DNA from: an uncultured Paludibacter sp.
GTDB lineage: Bacteria > Bacteroidota > Bacteroidia > Bacteroidales > Paludibacteraceae
Direction: 5' to 3'
DNA length: 64,000 nt
NCBI GenBank assembly: GCA_964390175.1
Contig: CAYMHE010000002.1
Location: 13,930 to 77,929 of the forward strand
Part shown: piece after piece, positions 60,739 to 64,000 of the stretch
How the letters are laid out: each line of letters opens with the position of its first letter
Numbering within the stretch: position 1 is the stretch's first letter
Notes under the pieces: generated by a model
Databases searched by the model: none
What the model saw: only the letters and a program-made list of their open reading frames with translations
Told to the model about the DNA's origin: nothing
Translations under genes and position numbers: made by a program

Positions 60739-63700
60739 ATGGCTTTTAAAAACGATAATAAGCTTAAAAGTGGTTTTAATAAAATTTCGATCGGACTTGC
60801 ATCGCCCGAAGAAATATTAAAATTATCAAGTGGCGAGGTACTCAAACCTGAAACCATCAACTATCGTACCTACAAACCCGAACGTGATGGTTTGTTTTGC
60901 GAACGCATTTTTGGTCCTACAAAGGATTTTGAATGTCATTGCGGAAAATACAAACGTATTCGCTATAAAGGAATTGTTTGCGACCGTTGTGGGGTTGAAG
61001 TAACAGAGAAAAAAGTTCGTCGCGAGCGAATGGGACACATCCAGTTGGTAGTGCCTGTAGCTCACATTTGGTACTTCCGTTCATTGCCGAATAAAATCGG
61101 TTATTTGCTGGGAATGCCAACAAAAAAATTAGATTCAATCATATATTACGAAAAATATGTGGTTATTCAGGCAGGTATTGCCGACAATACTGCTACTGCT
61201 GCAACAGGTGAACTCCTGATTGCTCAGGGCGAGTTAATTTCGGAAGAAGAATACCTCGATTTACTCGAAAAATTGCCACGCGAAAATCAATTACTTGAAG
61301 ACAGCGATCCAAATAAATTCATTGCTAAAATGGGTGCAGAAGCTATCTACGATATGCTAACGCGTCTCGATTTAGATGCTTTATCATACGATTTACGTCA
61401 CAAAGCAAATACCGATACTTCTCAGCAACGTAAAAACGAAGCACTTAAACGTCTGCAAATTGTAGAATCGTTCCGCGCTTCGAAAATGCGCAATAAACCA
61501 GAATGGATGATTGTCAAAATTGTTCCGGTTATTCCGCCCGAATTACGTCCATTGGTGCCATTGGATGGTGGTCGTTTTGCCACCTCCGATTTGAACGACC
61601 TGTATCGCCGCGTAATTATCCGTAACAACCGTCTGAAACGACTGATTGAAATTAAAGCGCCAGAAGTAATTTTACGTAATGAAAAACGTATGCTTCAGGA
61701 ATCTGTTGACTCATTGTTCGATAACTCACGTAAATCGAGCGCTGTTAAAACAGAAGCCAATCGCCCGTTGAAATCTCTTTCAGATTCGTTGAAAGGGAAA
61801 CAAGGACGTTTCCGTCAGAACTTATTAGGTAAACGTGTTGATTATTCTGCACGTTCGGTAATCGTCGTTGGACCGGAATTGAAGATGCACGAGTGCGGCT
61901 TACCTAAAGATATGGCAGCCGAACTTTTCAAACCGTTTGTTATTCGCAAACTGATTGAACGCGGCATTGTAAAAACTGTGAAATCAGCGAAGAAAATCGT
62001 TGATCGCAAGGATCCTGTTATCTGGGATATTCTGGAGTACGTGATGAAAGGACATCCTGTACTGCTCAACCGTGCTCCGACTTTGCACCGTTTGGGTATT
62101 CAGGCTTTCCAGCCCAAAATGATTGAAGGAAAAGCTATTCAGCTTCACCCACTTTCGTGCACGGCTTTCAACGCCGACTTTGATGGTGACCAGATGGCCG
62201 TTCACTTGCCTCTTGGAAACGAAGCAGTGCTCGAAGCTCAAATGCTTATGCTTGCATCACATAATATTTTGAACCCAGCCAACGGAGCTCCTATTACGGT
62301 ACCTTCTCAGGACATGGTGCTTGGATTGTATTATATTACGAAACCACGCACAGGGGCTTTAGGCGAAGGCTTAATTTTCTATTCTCCTGAAGAAGCTGAA
62401 ATAGCTTATAATGAGAAGAAAGTTACGCTTCATGCATGGATCAAGGTAAGAACCAAAGATTTAAATGAAAATGGCGAAATAGTAACAAAATTAATCGAAA
62501 CTACTGTTGGACGAATTTTATTCAACAAATGTGTTCCGATTGAAGTAGGTTACATCAACGAATTGCTTTCGAAAAAATCGCTTCGTGATATTATCGGTAA
62601 TGTTATCGATGTTTGCGGGGTTGCCCGTACAGCTCAATTCCTCGACGACATCAAAGATTTGGGTTACTACATGGCTTTCAAAGGTGGATTGTCGTTTAAC
62701 TTAGGTGACGTTATTATCCCACCCGAAAAAGAAGTTTTGGTAAAAGAAGGTAATGCCGAAGTTGAAGAAATTATGAATAACTACAACATGGGATTCATAA
62801 CCAACAACGAACGTTACAATCAGATCATCGATACATGGACACACGTAAACTCGAAATTGTCGAATATTTTGATGAAACAATTATCAAGCGACAATCAGGG
62901 TTTCAACTCTGTGTACATGATGTTGGATTCTGGAGCGCGTGGTTCTAAGGAACAGATCCGTCAGCTTTCTGGTATGCGTGGTTTGATGGCAAAACCTCAG
63001 AAATCAGGTGCCGAAGGTGGTCAGATTATTGAAAACCCAATTTTGGCTAACTTTAAGGAAGGCCTTTCAGTATTGGAATACTTTATTTCTACCCACGGTG
63101 CCCGTAAAGGTTTGGCCGATACAGCTCTTAAAACTGCCGATGCCGGTTATCTTACCCGTCGTTTGGTAGACGTATCGCAGGACGTAATCATCAACGAAGA
63201 GGATTGCGGAACTTTACGTGGACTGATTGCAACCGAAATGAAAAATAATGAAGATGTAATTTCTTCATTGTACGAAAGAATTCTTGGACGTGTTTCGGTA
63301 CACGATATTTACCATCCTCTGTCGGGCGAGTTAATCGTTTCGTCGGGTGAGCAAATTACTGAATCGTTAGCACGAAAAATTCAGGAATCTCCAATCGAAC
63401 GCGTCGAAATTCGCTCGGTATTAACCTGCGAATCGAAAAAAGGAGTTTGTGCAAAATGTTACGGTCGTAACCTGGCTACCAACAAAATGGTACATATTGG
63501 TGAGGCTGTGGGAGTTATTGCTGCTCAATCGATTGGTGAACCAGGTACTCAGCTGACACTTCGTACTTTCCACGTCGGTGGGGTTGCTTCGAACGTTGGA
63601 GCTGAATCAAAAATTGTATTGCGTTATGATGGTCGCATCGAATTTGATGAACTTCGTACCGTAGATGCAGTAGACGAAAATACAAATGCTTATCAGGTAG

Positions 63701-64000
63701 TTGTAAGCCGTTTAGCCGAAATGCGTGTTATCGACACAAATACAGGCATAGCCCTTACAACTCAGAATATCCCATATGGTTCTAAACTTTACGTGAAAGA
63801 TGGCCAAATGGGAACCAAAGGTTTGACTGTCTGTGAATGGGATCCATTTAATGCTGTAATTATTGCAGAAAACGAAGGTAAAATTGAATTTGAAGATGTG
63901 GTTGAAAACCAAACATTCAAAACAGATACCGACGAAGCTACAGGATTGAAAGAGAAAATCATTATTGAATCGAAAGATCGTAACAAAGTACCAAGTGCTC
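60739..64000 (+). CDS. rpoC: DNA-directed RNA polymerase subunit beta' (runs off window end; absent from ORF track)
   Basis: ATG 60739 MAFKNDNK..; KPETINYRT, Zn-finger cysteines and the NADFDGD motif near 62170. Confidence 0.98.
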   Translation, partial: MAFKNDNKLKSGFNKISIGLASPEEILKLSSGEVLKPETINYRTYKPERDGLFCERIFGPTKDFECHCGKYKRIRYKGIVCDRCGVEVTEKKVRRERMGHIQLVVPVAHIWYFRSLPNKIGYLLGMPTKKLDSIIYYEKYVVIQAGIADNTATAATGELLIAQGELISEEEYLDLLEKLPRENQLLEDSDPNKFIAKMGAEAIYDMLTRLDLDALSYDLRHKANTDTSQQRKNEALKRLQIVESFRASKMRNKPEWMIVKIVPVIPPELRPLVPLDGGRFATSDLNDLYRRVIIRNNRLKRLIEIKAPEVILRNEKRMLQESVDSLFDNSRKSSAVKTEANRPLKSLSDSLKGKQGRFRQNLLGKRVDYSARSVIVVGPELKMHECGLPKDMAAELFKPFVIRKLIERGIVKTVKSAKKIVDRKDPVIWDILEYVMKGHPVLLNRAPTLHRLGIQAFQPKMIEGKAIQLHPLSCTAFNADFDGDQMAVHLPLGNEAVLEAQMLMLASHNILNPANGAPITVPSQDMVLGLYYITKPRTGALGEGLIFYSPEEAEIAYNEKKVTLHAWIKVRTKDLNENGEIVTKLIETTVGRILFNKCVPIEVGYINELLSKKSLRDIIGNVIDVCGVARTAQFLDDIKDLGYYMAFKGGLSFNLGDVIIPPEKEVLVKEGNAEVEEIMNNYNMGFITNNERYNQIIDTWTHVNSKLSNILMKQLSSDNQGFNSVYMMLDSGARGSKEQIRQLSGMRGLMAKPQKSGAEGGQIIENPILANFKEGLSVLEYFISTHGARKGLADTALKTADAGYLTRRLVDVSQDVIINEEDCGTLRGLIATEMKNNEDVISSLYERILGRVSVHDIYHPLSGELIVSSGEQITESLARKIQESPIERVEIRSVLTCESKKGVCAKCYGRNLATNKMVHIGEAVGVIAAQSIGEPGTQLTLRTFHVGGVASNVGAESKIVLRYDGRIEFDELRTVDAVDENTNAYQVVVSRLAEMRVIDTNTGIALTTQNIPYGSKLYVKDGQMGTKGLTVCEWDPFNAVIIAENEGKIEFEDVVENQTFKTDTDEATGLKEKIIIESKDRNKVPSA

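Overview
Chromosomal window from a Bacteroidales bacterium, Paludibacter-like judging by gene style and Bacteroidetes TTTG-N19-TAnnTTTG promoters. The right third is housekeeping: rpsU-xerC-hpf, tRNA cluster, tuf, secE-nusG-rplKAJL-rpoBC. The main feature is a ~26 kb peptidoglycan/amino-sugar salvage locus (6.0-31.7 kb). It holds a YkfC-like NlpC/P60 peptidase, a Tat-signal Ala-Glu epimerase, SusC/SusD plus a lipoprotein, a DUF1460 amidase, MurQ, a BadF-type sugar kinase, a catalytically degenerate NagB fused to a PIG-L domain, a two-domain GT2, an HxHxQ (DUF4922-like) enzyme, a signal-less SpoIID/LytB and an AmpG with a large inserted domain. Three of its transcription units share the palindrome TGCAAACGTTTGCA. 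A cassette of unknown function is embedded in the locus: promoter, 12 x 21-bp quasi-palindromic array, orphan helical+FN3-like protein gene, and a ~200-nt structured GC-rich tail. A second 21-bp array precedes an XRE regulator. Other points: a GH3 gene bounded by 47-bp direct repeats with a truncated regulator remnant, umuDC, an exbB-exbD operon ending in a DUF4294-type protein instead of TonB, and 7/8-mer inverted-repeat elements. All family calls come from motif recognition by eye, not from database searches.
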